This document shows, piece after piece, positions 30,801 to 40,210 of a stretch of DNA of 64,000 nt. Each line of letters starts with the position of its first letter. Within the stretch, counting starts at the first letter, position 1. Both the position numbers and the translations under genes were made by a program. The notes beneath the pieces are model-generated. The model did not search any database and was not told where the DNA came from. It was given only the letters and a program-made list of their open reading frames with translations. The DNA is from a bacterium (lineage in GTDB: Bacteria > SM23-31): positions 1,059 to 65,058 of the forward strand of contig JANQEH010000194.1 in the NCBI GenBank assembly GCA_028278455.1, given 5' to 3'.

Positions 30801-31802
30801 GTTTCTACTGCTGTTCCATTCCCAATATTGTGTTCCTCTTCCATAAAAAAGTATGTAATCACCTGAATCGAAATTCCCGTCATCCTCACCGATCACTCTG
30901 ATAGCATTCTCGATCAAACCATCCGGCCTCGAGGCAGACAAACCTTCGGGCAGCTGACCGCCTCCGTTGTTATATAGCTTAATCGTACGAGGATCGATGT
31001 TTGACGGTGATATTCCGGAACCGGTCAGATCCTGGTATGTAATTCTGTAGATGCCTTCCTGCACAACAGGAATCACATACCAGTCGCCGGTATTAAGAAT
31101 TGACCCTTTTCTTAATCCTCCGGAGGGTTGTTCAGCGCTCCAGGTTTCCTCTGTTAAACTGTTAACAAGAATTTTATTCAATCCTAAATCGACTTTCTTT
31201 CGAATACCGACTGCGTCAGGTGTAACACTGCTAACATTATATTCTATCCGAAAACTGATCCTGATCAGGAGTTTTATGCTGTTAGTTTCAGAGTCATATA
31301 TTACCGGGTAGACTTTTACAGGAAGTATTTTATTCAGCCTGACCATAACAGTATTCTCAATAGATATATGCTCTGCATCAGGGTAATAGCGGCTCGAACT
31401 GCTGTTGTCTTTTCCCGGAAACCGTTCCGGAGTGATATTGTTAACAGTTATATAATCAATTGAAAGGACGTTGACTTTCGGGGCAGCCTTCCCGGGAATT
31501 GATGTTAATAAATGCCTGTATGGGATTAAAGGATTTCCCGGAACATTCTCAAAAATCCCGTCTTTAACATAGAATTTTGCAATACTTTCACCATTAATCA
31601 TTTCCTCAGTCAAATCAAGCCCGGGAGTGTATTCAATAGTTACACCGGTCTTATCTTCATTAACAATAAAAACCTCTTCCTGTTTATAATCTTGATAACG
31701 CCTTTTAAGCGATAACGAAAAGACCAGTGTCAATACAAGGGCTGTGATGAGTACAGGTCTCGTGAAAAGCGAGAATTCATCTATTTTAATAGGTCTTTTC
31801 AT
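27855..31802 (-). CDS. porU: type IX secretion system sortase PorU (C25 gingipain-family peptidase)
   Basis: 1315 aa. C25 catalytic His context NYIGHGN and catalytic Cys context FFYLASCAFARWD. LLVGDGHFDY block. C-terminal T9SS domain NYPNPFNDETQF...GTYLYKLIV...KLVIMR. Confidence 0.8.
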   Translation of the reverse strand: MKRPIKIDEFSLFTRPVLITALVLTLVFSLSLKRRYQDYKQEEVFIVNEDKTGVTIEYTPGLDLTEEMINGESIAKFYVKDGIFENVPGNPLIPYRHLLTSIPGKAAPKVNVLSIDYITVNNITPERFPGKDNSSSSRYYPDAEHISIENTVMVRLNKILPVKVYPVIYDSETNSIKLLIRISFRIEYNVSSVTPDAVGIRKKVDLGLNKILVNSLTEETWSAEQPSGGLRKGSILNTGDWYVIPVVQEGIYRITYQDLTGSGISPSNIDPRTIKLYNNGGGQLPEGLSASRPDGLIENAIRVIGEDDGNFDSGDYILFYGRGTQYWEWNSSRNEIKHTANLYSKTNYYWFTYGGDRGKRMAGVPVEGNTGSPETTGRALVYCEYEKENIYQSGSNWYMKELLPGDFFQADVSLPGYLTGSNMNFRVMTASHAEVRNQINASVNGNSELNTYFYGEAERLFRFNRTQNTGEGITLKISNSSTNSMGNIYLDWFEIVYTRNLTASGDTLKFLVDGDGTVKSFSINGFSSNNIDIYNITDYSNVKSAEYSSGQSGSFTFSDTLKNEYQVFYAVDRSRYKPVTSITAKENSDLRTRQVSPDMIIITAEDMYDQVLPLEEHRESRDTLDVEVITVENIYNEFSGGLVDPAAIRDFIKYAFDNWRGQDNEPPLYVLLVGDGHFDYHSASENSTRMWIPAFQYNSIYHLTTRVTDDFYGYVNGNDQYLDVAIGRLPAQSPSMAEDLIQKIIKYETDPEYGPWRNTITFTADDEVTTTSNFEALHTRQSEQIANAEYMPEYLEKRKIYLMEYQPERSVTSSSIRKPGAQNDLVDQINEGTLILNYIGHGNERLLAHEWLLHREIDMPRLDNENKPLFFYLASCAFARWDMPDEDSMAELMLFEPDKGAIALISSARDVFASSNFELAWAFYNNFFETSRSTLSFGEAIMLAKISVPLLNSQKYILLGDPAMKLRLPQDRINIVSVEPDSLRALATVRVTGSVNENSSLDGKVYLSVFDSEKDAVHYMENNQPVYYKLPGSGLFKGKIGFNSGNNPGFSMDFIVPKDITYGGKKGRISLYAWDENGDASVFLDELPVGGTAEGVSDGTGPEIEIFFDEREFVSGDLVPENAEFKLKLSDPVGINTTGEVGHKIELSFDNDPNTINLSRYFEYYEGSYTEGEARYSLSGMTTGPHNITVRAWDSFNNSSKYSGIVYVSSEDRLIIENVMNYPNPFNDETQFTCQINTGAEITIKIFTLRGRLIKIIDNQHTGNSTFFVSDVWDGRDQDGDLVANGTYLYKLIVKTDINGERQQIEKLGKLVIMR

Positions 31803-31810
31803 ATTCGTTC

Positions 31811-31843
31811 AAAAAAATGGCGTCAAAGACAGACTTTGACGCC
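31811..31843 (-). terminator. rho-independent terminator immediately upstream of the porU start codon
   Basis: The minus-strand RNA reads GGCGUCAAAG-UCUGU-CUUUGACGCC followed by AUUUUUUUG: a 10-bp perfect stem, a 5-nt loop and a U7 tract. The U-tract ends 8 nt before the porU ATG (31802). Confidence 0.6.
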
Positions 31844-32031
31844 CAAAATTAAAAAACGCCCGTCAAAGTGCATCTGCCTTTTCAGAAATTAATTACGGCT
31901 AAAATGTCTAAACCTTTAACGAACGACTATATAAATGAATCCTTTAATATTCTACACTATTACACTAAGATTTTCCAAGTTATTTATATATTACGTTAAT
32001 GTCAAGATTTTTTTTATGTCTCTTATTAATA

Positions 32032-33030
32032 TCAGTTTTTCGGGAGAAGTTCATAAAAAGTCATCTCCATAATATTCAGAAATCCTCCCCGGTTTGATAT
32101 AAATATGAGACCTGTTTCATTCCCCGATTCATCCGACAGCCATGAAGGGCCGGTATCAACACCGGCATCGAGGGTAGCCTGCAGAGGCTGCAGCACTCTG
32201 CCGTATTCCTTCAAGTATATATCCCAGTTTCCTGATCTTTTCGAAGTGAATGCGATATATTTACCGGTTGTAGACCAAAATGGCAAGTCATCCTGAGCAT
32301 GATGTTCAGTTACTCTCTCGGGAGTCCCGCCACCTGACGGTACAACCCAAATATCACTGTTGCCGTTTCTGATGGAAACATAAGCTATCTGTCCTCCCCC
32401 GGGCGCCCAATTCGGCCTGTAATCATCGTCGGGAGCAGTAGTCAGCTGTGTTGGAGAGCCTCCCGCAACCGGGATCTTCCAAATATCAGAATTCCCCGAC
32501 CGGTTTGAAGTGAATACTATCTGTGATCCGTCCGGGCTGAATGAAGGATATGCATCGTTAGCGGGATCTGTTGTCAATCTTGTCAAACCGGTTCCTGTGC
32601 TGCTGATAAGCCAGATATCCTGATTACCGAGAGAATCCGAAGTGAAAGCTATACTTGTTCCGTCGGGACTCCAGACAGGAGAAAACTCAGCTTTATTACT
32701 TGTTGTCAATTGTGTCAAACCGGTTCCGCTCCTGTTTACTACCCATAGGTCCTTACTCCCGGAATCCTCTGACACGAATACAATCGCATCATTTGTCGGA
32801 GAATAATGGGATTCCGTGTCGTGGCTGTTTCTTAATATAACAGGAGATACTACTCCCATCTCCTCCGGTGGTGCGGTCGGTTCACCATCGGTTTCGTCAT
32901 CTGAGCCGCCGGTTACCACACCAATAGCAGCAGCTGTAATAAGATCCAGCCTTCCGCAATTCACTGAAGAAAAAAATATAATGATCATAATGATCAAAGA
33001 TGATCGAAAACACAATAAAAGATTTTTCAA
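32032..33030 (-). CDS. TolB-like PD40 beta-propeller lipoprotein
   Basis: Signal with Cys (FSSVNCG), then six to seven repeats of the form F/WSPDG..IAF.S.R.GN.DIW. Confidence 0.75.
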   Translation of the reverse strand: MKNLLLCFRSSLIIMIIIFFSSVNCGRLDLITAAAIGVVTGGSDDETDGEPTAPPEEMGVVSPVILRNSHDTESHYSPTNDAIVFVSEDSGSKDLWVVNRSGTGLTQLTTSNKAEFSPVWSPDGTSIAFTSDSLGNQDIWLISSTGTGLTRLTTDPANDAYPSFSPDGSQIVFTSNRSGNSDIWKIPVAGGSPTQLTTAPDDDYRPNWAPGGGQIAYVSIRNGNSDIWVVPSGGGTPERVTEHHAQDDLPFWSTTGKYIAFTSKRSGNWDIYLKEYGRVLQPLQATLDAGVDTGPSWLSDESGNETGLIFISNRGGFLNIMEMTFYELLPKN

Positions 33031-33063
33031 TTAACTATTACCAGATTGTTATTTTTACCACCT

Positions 33064-35289
33064 TTATTTTTTAATTACCGCCACTTTCTGTGTACCACTG
33101 CCTTTTCCTTCGGCTCCTGCAGCTATGATATATACTCCTGATGAAACAAAGGTACCATTTTCATCTTTGCCATCCCAGTACGCTCTTGTTCCCATCACAC
33201 CACTGTTGTCAGTATTCAGCGTCCTAACATGCCTTCCGGATTGTGTGAAGATCTTCACAGTACTGTTCAAAACAAGGTTCTCGATTGTCAATCCTCTTTC
33301 TGAACCGTCTATAATAAAAGGATTCGGGTATACCCCTATATTAGAAAGATCATCACCGGATTGCCTGTAAGGTGTATGGATTATCGACAGGCCGCTTCCA
33401 GTTCCTATATATGCATCACCCGTCTTTTCATCGAAGTAAATGCTTATGATATTATTATCGATTAAATTGCTTAACTCTTTAGTAAAATGTGTCCAAGTAA
33501 AATTATCAGCCGATAAAACACTCAATCCGTTAGGTGTACCGAACCATTTATTATTTGCAGGATCGACAGCAATAGCGGTTATATAATTGTCTATCACTCC
33601 GTAATACGGTTGGATGGGAAAACCCTCGATATAGTAATTTATACCTTCTTCAGTTCCGATCCAGACACCCTGAGCACGGTCTGCGGCCAAAGCTGTGATT
33701 CTGTTACTATGAAGGTTATCGTTTTCAGTGAACAACTGCCAGATATCATCTGATTTGTCTGAAATGATCGCACCATAATTCAGCATATTCAGACCTTCAT
33801 CTCTTGTTCCGATCCAGAGTTTTCCAGTATTATCAAATGCAAGATCGTTAATAATTGTGCTCCTCAGTCCGTCTGAGGTAGAAAAATAAGTATATTCTCC
33901 ATTTGCCGACACAGATACAAGCCCTCTTCCGTCATTGGCGAATTTGTTTACCAGCCAAATATTACCCGCCGGTCCCTTCCGGATCTTATTGACAATAACA
34001 AAATTAGGTGTGTCCGATCCGGTGAGTTTTCCTTCGGCAGTATCCACATTCGTTACACTTATCGAAATCCCCATCCGCCCAATCATCATGGCTCCTTTCC
34101 CTGGCGTTCCAACCCAAATTCTTCCGTCAGCATCTTCAGCAATACCTGTTGTAGCGTTTTTTGAGAGTCCGTCCATCATAGTATAAGTTGTCCATGTTGT
34201 CCCGTCATATAAATAAAGGCCGCTATTGCTGTTCTGCCCGGATGCAGCCCATAGATCACCATTGCTGTCAATGATCATATCTTCGAAAGTATTGCCTTTC
34301 GGGCCGTTCGGGAAATAATTCTGCCATTCAAGAGAAGATTCGTCATAACTGTATAATCCATTTGTAAGATGCCCGGCCCATAGATCCCCGTCACCATCAG
34401 AAAATAGAATCCTGTTACCAAGAATACCGGGCTGAAGCTCATTCCAGCTTCCCTGATTATCTCTCCTGTATACGCCCTCGAAAACACCGATTCCGCCTGC
34501 TGAATATAGACTGCCGTCAATATTATTAACAGACCTTACACTTGTATTGCCCATTCCATCTAATATAAATGTATTTCCTTCTAACCTGTAAACACCGTTT
34601 CCTGTGCTGACAAAGATAATACCGTCAAGCTCGGTAAAATTATTGATCATTTCACCAGGCAGGCCGTCTGTTGATGTGTAATTGGTCCAGAATTGAGGAT
34701 CTTGGAGGTTTGAAGCTGATTTAGGTGCTGAAGCAATCCCAATATCGGTAGCCGCCCATATCCTGTCAGATGATAAATATAGACTGTTCACTTTTGTATT
34801 TACAGAAAAATCACCCAGAACCCTGAAGTTCGAATTAATCTCTTCCTTATCGATATGGAACAGACTTATACCGAAATCCATGGCAATATATATCGAATTT
34901 TCATCAATTACCAGATCATAAATCTCTAATGGATCAGTATCTACCTGAACTCTCCTGAGAGAGTTGTCTGAAAGATCCATAACATTTAATGATCCATCGT
35001 CCATTGCAAGCCAAAGGTTTCCATTCCCGTCAACTGCGAGTGCAGATATCAGGTTTCCCGACAATCCAGAGGTGTTATTATAAACACGATATGTTTTATC
35101 CTCCAGATCCAGTGAGAATAATCCGCCACCAGTGGCACACCATATCTTTCCATCATTATAGACTGCATCCTTGATCTCACCGAAGAATGTAACCGATTCC
35201 CATGTGTAGACCTGAGCAGAAACAAATGAAGAAGAAAACAGGATCAATGCAGAAAACATATACAGTATGGAATTGATATTTCTTTTCAT
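33064..35289 (-). CDS. double beta-propeller (Reg_prop repeat) protein with T9SS C-terminal domain; PorZ-like
   Basis: At least ten 'G.lW.GT..Gl' Reg_prop repeats: GNLWLAMDDGSL, DRIWAATDIGIA, GDLWAGHLTNGLY, GRIWVGTPGKG, GKLWIGTRDEGL, GVWIGTEEGI, NKWFGTPNGL, AYIGTGSGL. C-terminus GVYPNPFIIDG...GVYII...KVAVIKK. The size and architecture match PorZ. Confidence 0.6.
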   Translation of the reverse strand: MKRNINSILYMFSALILFSSSFVSAQVYTWESVTFFGEIKDAVYNDGKIWCATGGGLFSLDLEDKTYRVYNNTSGLSGNLISALAVDGNGNLWLAMDDGSLNVMDLSDNSLRRVQVDTDPLEIYDLVIDENSIYIAMDFGISLFHIDKEEINSNFRVLGDFSVNTKVNSLYLSSDRIWAATDIGIASAPKSASNLQDPQFWTNYTSTDGLPGEMINNFTELDGIIFVSTGNGVYRLEGNTFILDGMGNTSVRSVNNIDGSLYSAGGIGVFEGVYRRDNQGSWNELQPGILGNRILFSDGDGDLWAGHLTNGLYSYDESSLEWQNYFPNGPKGNTFEDMIIDSNGDLWAASGQNSNSGLYLYDGTTWTTYTMMDGLSKNATTGIAEDADGRIWVGTPGKGAMMIGRMGISISVTNVDTAEGKLTGSDTPNFVIVNKIRKGPAGNIWLVNKFANDGRGLVSVSANGEYTYFSTSDGLRSTIINDLAFDNTGKLWIGTRDEGLNMLNYGAIISDKSDDIWQLFTENDNLHSNRITALAADRAQGVWIGTEEGINYYIEGFPIQPYYGVIDNYITAIAVDPANNKWFGTPNGLSVLSADNFTWTHFTKELSNLIDNNIISIYFDEKTGDAYIGTGSGLSIIHTPYRQSGDDLSNIGVYPNPFIIDGSERGLTIENLVLNSTVKIFTQSGRHVRTLNTDNSGVMGTRAYWDGKDENGTFVSSGVYIIAAGAEGKGSGTQKVAVIKK

Positions 35290-35357
35290 AACAAAACTGT
35301 TGTTGATTTAAAATGATCAGGCAAAGGCATAATATATACATTATTAAGAAAATAAGA

Positions 35358-35390
35358 AAATAAAAAACGGTACTGTAAAGCACCGTTTCA
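35358..35390 (-). terminator. rho-independent terminator after accA
   Basis: The minus-strand RNA reads AAACGGUGCUUUACAGUACCGUUUUUUAUUUUC: an imperfect stem followed by a U-tract, about 30 nt after the accA stop. Confidence 0.55.
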
Positions 35391-35419
35391 TATAAGATAA
35401 TCTGTTTTCACCGGATCTT

Positions 35420-36382
35420 CTACTGTTGAGGCTCGATCCATTTCCCCATTTTTCCATATTTTTCAATTCTTTTTTCTATCAGCTCTTCAGGTGGAAGCTG
35501 TTCCAGCTGCTTTATTTCGCTCAATATCTTCCATTTTAGGGAATCAGCTATTTCATCATAGTTCCTGTGAGCCCCGCCGATAGGTTCCTTAATAATTTCA
35601 TCAACAACTTCAAGATCAAGCAGGTCCTGTGCTGTGATTTTCAATGCATCGGCCATCTGCGAACCTTTTGTCCCATCTCTCAGAAGAATTGAAGCGCATC
35701 CTTCAGGTGTTATCACAGAATACATGGCATTCTCGAGCATGATCACCCTGTCTCCAAGAGCTATTGCAAGAGCTCCACCGCTGCCTCCCTCACCTATAAC
35801 GATGCAGAGTATTGGCACTGGAAGTGTTGCCATTTCAAAAAGGTTTTTTGCAATTGCTTCAGCAATTCCTCTTTCTTCCGCGCCTTTTCCCGGAAATGCT
35901 CCCGGAGTATCGATAAGGGTTACAATTGGGATACGGAATTTCGCAGCGAGTTTCATAAGACGTAATGCTTTACGGTATCCTTCCGGGTTTGGCATTCCAA
36001 AATTCCTGTAAAGATTGTTTTTGGTACCTCTGCCCTTTTGCTGCCCCATTATCATGACGCTCTTACCCTCGATCTTTGCCATACCCCCTACTATAGCTTT
36101 GTCATCTCCAAAATACCTGTCACCATGCAGCTCTGAAAAACTTGTGGTTATCCTCTTAATATAATCCAGTGTATATGGTCTTTCGGGATGCCTTGCCAGC
36201 TGTACCCTTTGCCAGCGGTTCAGTTTTGAATATACTTCTTTCTTAAGGTTTTCACACTTCTTTTCGAGTTTATTTATTTCTTCGGAAAGATCGACACTCT
36301 CAGTTAGAGAATAATCCCTCATTTCCTCTATTTTCTTTTCCAGTTCGATTATCGGTTTTTCGAATTCAAGAATATGAATCAC
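35420..36382 (-). CDS. accA: acetyl-CoA carboxylase carboxyltransferase subunit alpha
   Basis: [64 protein letters not shown] and [10 protein letters not shown]. Confidence 0.9.
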   Translation of the reverse strand: MIHILEFEKPIIELEKKIEEMRDYSLTESVDLSEEINKLEKKCENLKKEVYSKLNRWQRVQLARHPERPYTLDYIKRITTSFSELHGDRYFGDDKAIVGGMAKIEGKSVMIMGQQKGRGTKNNLYRNFGMPNPEGYRKALRLMKLAAKFRIPIVTLIDTPGAFPGKGAEERGIAEAIAKNLFEMATLPVPILCIVIGEGGSGGALAIALGDRVIMLENAMYSVITPEGCASILLRDGTKGSQMADALKITAQDLLDLEVVDEIIKEPIGGAHRNYDEIADSLKWKILSEIKQLEQLPPEELIEKRIEKYGKMGKWIEPQQ

Positions 36383-38505
36383 TCATCAACCTCTGTATTA
36401 ATTGCACTTCCGGATTTACTATCTTTAAAGATCCGCCTCAGGATCAGTTTAAAGTCGTATAATATACTATAATTTTTAAGATAATGCAATTCAAACGTTC
36501 TACCGTTTAAATTCGGATTTTTCAGGCTCTCGTAAGCATCTATTCCGATGATCCCCGGTTTCAGCAGCGAAATACTTTCGGGTACAGTATCGATATTCGT
36601 CAGGTAACTCTGCCCTACGAAACTGAACTCTCCTTTGAAAATCTGCACCCATAAAGGAAAGAATTTAAGCTTTCCTTTATATTGATTCCCTTTATTCATT
36701 AGAATTTTTACATATATCGGCCTTCCCCTGTCGCCGAAAACAATCTTATGCCTGATAGAGAGTCTGTTCTTAAGTTTTACAATGACATACACAGGCAGTG
36801 AAATTAATATCAGTGCTGATGACAAAGCCAGGTCCAATAGTCTCTTGCTTATTTTTCCCGAAGAATCCAGATACTTATATTCAAGGTCTACCAGTGGAAG
36901 ATCTACCAGTGGTATCACAGAGGATTTACCGATAATCAACTCAAGGCTTGATGGGATAAGTTTAAAATTGACCTTTCCCGGTTGACATCGTATCACCGTG
37001 TCTATGATCCTGTCATAAGAATGGCTTTCTACCGGAAAAATGATATCCGTTATCCTGTGTTCCCTGATAATTGAATTAATCTCATTAAGCTCTCCCAGGA
37101 CAGGAGGATGCAGGGCATTTCTATCACCACCCACAGAGATCATTCCCGCTACCTCCATTTCATGACTCAGGTTACTACAGAATGTATCGTATATTTCTCT
37201 GCTTTTTTCATCCGAACCTATAATAAGTCCTGTTGATCTATAGACCTCCTGCCTGATGTTGAACAATCCTGACCGGGCTATCAGCTTAGATAAACTGAAG
37301 AACATGAATCTCCAGCCCGGAAGAAACAGTAAATTCAACAATCCGAAAGTAAAAAATACAATCCTGGAGAACATAATGTCCCCGGAAAAAAACGCAAAAA
37401 GTATTATAAGTACAGATCCTGTCACAGCCCCTGCCGCGCTTCTTGCAATTGAGAACAGGTTTGATGGATACACACCGTGAAAAAGGAGTGAAACAGTCAT
37501 AATTATTGTTGCAAGGCCCAACTGTATAAGATATCCCCTGTAGTCACCATATGGAGGAATAGTGATAAACTCTCCGAACCTTAAATAAACTGCCGCAAGA
37601 AATGACATATTGATGAAGCAAATATCTACAGCAGGTATAGCCATTTTCTGAAAAAACTGCCCAATAACTGAAACCAGCCCCCTCACCCATATTGCAGATT
37701 TGATGAGCCAGAGCGGAGTAAATGATCTCTTTGAGTGTATATGTTTTTCAGCAAAAATCTCCATGGCTGAATAAAACAGCCTGATTCGGCTCCATTCGGA
37801 ATTTTTTGAGCTTTCACCCTTATAATGAACTATCGAAGTCTTCGGATAGTAGTATATCTTCCAGCCTGATTCCTTTATCTGGTAACACCATTCAAGATCT
37901 TCGCCATACATGAAATAGTCTTCATCCATATATCCTGCTTTGTCCAGCACTTCTCTTTTTATGGTCATAAATGAACCGGAGATTGCGTCGACTTCTGTAA
38001 CCTGATCAGGATCCAGATAGGTCAGATTATATTTCCCGAACAGTTTGCTTTGCGGGAACAGCCTGCTCAAGCCGATAAGACGGAAGAAGGATATCCATGG
38101 CGCGGGAAAGCTTCTTCTGCAGCTCAACTGGAGAGATCCATCCGGATTAAGCACCTTACATCCGATCATGCCGGCATCTTCAAGCTCGTCAAAAGCATCA
38201 ATGATTATTCTGAATGTATCCTCTTTAACGATAGTATCCGGATTCAGAAGAGTGATATACTCTCCTTTAGCTTTTTTCAGAGCTATATTATTTGCTCGTG
38301 AAAATCCGAGATTGATTCTATTCTCAATGAGGTTTACTTCGGGGAAGTTCTTTTTTATAAATCTTGCGCTGCCGTCTCCCGAACAGTTATCAATTACGAA
38401 GATCTCGTGCTTTATATCCTTAAGAGATATTCTTACGGATAGAAGACACTGCTCAAGGTATTCTTTCACATTATAATTAACTATTATAACGCTTAGTTTA
38501 ACCAT
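36379..38505 (-). CDS. fusion protein: family-2 glycosyltransferase + WbaP-like polytopic region with degenerate phosphoglycosyl-transferase domain
   Basis: N-terminal GT2: [32 protein letters not shown]. The middle has about six TM helices. The C-terminus, [23 protein letters not shown]...[17 protein letters not shown], resembles the Bac_transf domain. Confidence 0.7.
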   Translation of the reverse strand: MVKLSVIIVNYNVKEYLEQCLLSVRISLKDIKHEIFVIDNCSGDGSARFIKKNFPEVNLIENRINLGFSRANNIALKKAKGEYITLLNPDTIVKEDTFRIIIDAFDELEDAGMIGCKVLNPDGSLQLSCRRSFPAPWISFFRLIGLSRLFPQSKLFGKYNLTYLDPDQVTEVDAISGSFMTIKREVLDKAGYMDEDYFMYGEDLEWCYQIKESGWKIYYYPKTSIVHYKGESSKNSEWSRIRLFYSAMEIFAEKHIHSKRSFTPLWLIKSAIWVRGLVSVIGQFFQKMAIPAVDICFINMSFLAAVYLRFGEFITIPPYGDYRGYLIQLGLATIIMTVSLLFHGVYPSNLFSIARSAAGAVTGSVLIILFAFFSGDIMFSRIVFFTFGLLNLLFLPGWRFMFFSLSKLIARSGLFNIRQEVYRSTGLIIGSDEKSREIYDTFCSNLSHEMEVAGMISVGGDRNALHPPVLGELNEINSIIREHRITDIIFPVESHSYDRIIDTVIRCQPGKVNFKLIPSSLELIIGKSSVIPLVDLPLVDLEYKYLDSSGKISKRLLDLALSSALILISLPVYVIVKLKNRLSIRHKIVFGDRGRPIYVKILMNKGNQYKGKLKFFPLWVQIFKGEFSFVGQSYLTNIDTVPESISLLKPGIIGIDAYESLKNPNLNGRTFELHYLKNYSILYDFKLILRRIFKDSKSGSAINTEVDE

Positions 38506-38509
38506 AATA

Positions 38510-39235
38510 TTATAAGCGGCCTACCAGACTGAGAAATCTAAGTTTCCATACCATAAAAATCGCCTCAAAGATAATCTTGCGGGACATTTTTGATTGTCCC
38601 TGCACCCTGTCAATGAAAACAATAGGTATTTCCTTTATCCTAAATCCCTTTTTCCAGGCCTTGTAAGTCATTTCGATCTGGAATGTATAACCGTTTGAAT
38701 GGATTTTATCAAGGTCTATCGCTTCCAGCACCTCCCTCCTGAAGCATTTGAATCCTCCTGTTGCATCCTTGACTGTCATACCTGTAATGATCCTGGTATA
38801 GACATTAGCACCATAGCTTAAAATCAGCCTTCTCAATGGCCAGTTAACAACATTCACTCCCTGTATATACCTCGATCCGAGAACAAGATCATTTTCCTTT
38901 ATAGATTCCAGAAAATTCGGTATTTCGGTAGGATTATGGGAAAAATCTGCATCCATTTCAAAAATGAGATCAAAACTATTCTCAATAGCATACTTAAATC
39001 CACAGATATATGCCGTTCCAAGCCCCATTTTTCCTTCACGTTCAAGAAGGTGTATCCTGCTGTCTTCATCCTGTAATTTCTTTACTGCCTCTCCGGTCCC
39101 GTCAGGTGAATTGTCATCTACTATCAGAATCTCAAGGGAAAGATCTTGTGATAATACGGTCTTGATAATCCTATTTATATTATTGATCTCATTATAAGTT
39201 GGAATTATTATCAGTGTTTTCATACGGACATTCAT
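38510..39235 (-). CDS. polyprenol-phosphate mannosyl/glycosyl transferase (Dpm1-like GT2)
   Basis: IIIPTYNE, VDDNSPDGT, MDADFSHNP and GSRY. The start may be Met5 (39223). Confidence 0.8.
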   Translation of the reverse strand: MNVRMKTLIIIPTYNEINNINRIIKTVLSQDLSLEILIVDDNSPDGTGEAVKKLQDEDSRIHLLEREGKMGLGTAYICGFKYAIENSFDLIFEMDADFSHNPTEIPNFLESIKENDLVLGSRYIQGVNVVNWPLRRLILSYGANVYTRIITGMTVKDATGGFKCFRREVLEAIDLDKIHSNGYTFQIEMTYKAWKKGFRIKEIPIVFIDRVQGQSKMSRKIIFEAIFMVWKLRFLSLVGRL

Positions 39236-39242
39236 TATTAAA

Positions 39243-40163
39243 TTAATTTACCCTGTGCAAAGAAAGATAATCCATTTTAAATATAGTTAATCCTTCAACA
39301 ATATTATACATTTTTATTTTAAGATCATTCTCAGTACCAGAAATATCCAATCCTATCTTTAAAGGTCTTAGAGCGGTCTGCTCCAGTACATCCGTTGTAA
39401 CAGGATGGATCAGTCCTGTATCTAAGCTGAATAAATCTGCGATACATTTAGTAAATTTCAATCTGCTGCACCATTCGCTTCCGGCAGTGTTATATATTCC
39501 AGAGAAATTCCCGTCAATTACTCTCCATACAGCCTCAGCAAGATTCCTTGCCAGTGTCGGATTCCCCCATTGATCATCGACTATCCTGATCCTGTTTCCT
39601 TCTTTAAGGTTTCTGATAACCCATGTGACGAAATTTTCCCTGCCTTTCAGGCGGTCAACATCATAAAGTGTTGAAGTCCTGAGAATTGACCAATCAATGC
39701 TGCTGCTTTTAACCAGATTCTCTGCCGCCAGTTTTGCCTTTCCATAATAATTCAAAGGCGATCCAAGGTCATCCGGACCATATATCTCTTTCTTCCCATC
39801 AAAAATATAGTCGGAAGAAATATGAATTAACTTTGAATTTATCCTTTTAGCATATTTAATAATACTGTCAAGACCTTCCACATTGATCCGCCAGCAGTGT
39901 TCTTTACTGTCCTCGCATTCATCAACCTTAGTGAATGCGGCAGTATTAATTATCACCCCAGGCCTGATCTCCTCGATCAGGGATCTTACAGAGCCGCTAT
40001 CGGTTATATCTGTTTTCCGGTAGTCATAATTAGTACCATGTACAAGTGAGAAATCATCAATATCTATTCCGCAAAGAAAGTAATCATCAGGTTTAGAACT
40101 GATAATATACTGCCCCAAAAGGCCATGACATCCTGTTAAAAGTATTTTCGATCTAAGATCCAT
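39243..40163 (-). CDS. RmlD-like NAD(P)-dependent sugar-nucleotide reductase (dTDP-4-dehydrorhamnose reductase family)
   Basis: ILLTGCHGLLGQ, INTAAFTKVDECE, HISSDYIFDG and YGKAKLAAE (YxxxK). Confidence 0.7.
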   Translation of the reverse strand: MDLRSKILLTGCHGLLGQYIISSKPDDYFLCGIDIDDFSLVHGTNYDYRKTDITDSGSVRSLIEEIRPGVIINTAAFTKVDECEDSKEHCWRINVEGLDSIIKYAKRINSKLIHISSDYIFDGKKEIYGPDDLGSPLNYYGKAKLAAENLVKSSSIDWSILRTSTLYDVDRLKGRENFVTWVIRNLKEGNRIRIVDDQWGNPTLARNLAEAVWRVIDGNFSGIYNTAGSEWCSRLKFTKCIADLFSLDTGLIHPVTTDVLEQTALRPLKIGLDISGTENDLKIKMYNIVEGLTIFKMDYLSLHRVN

Positions 40164-40210
40164 ATTCTTTCTTTAATATTTCTCCTGTTATTGTCAGGAC
40201 TTCGGAACAC

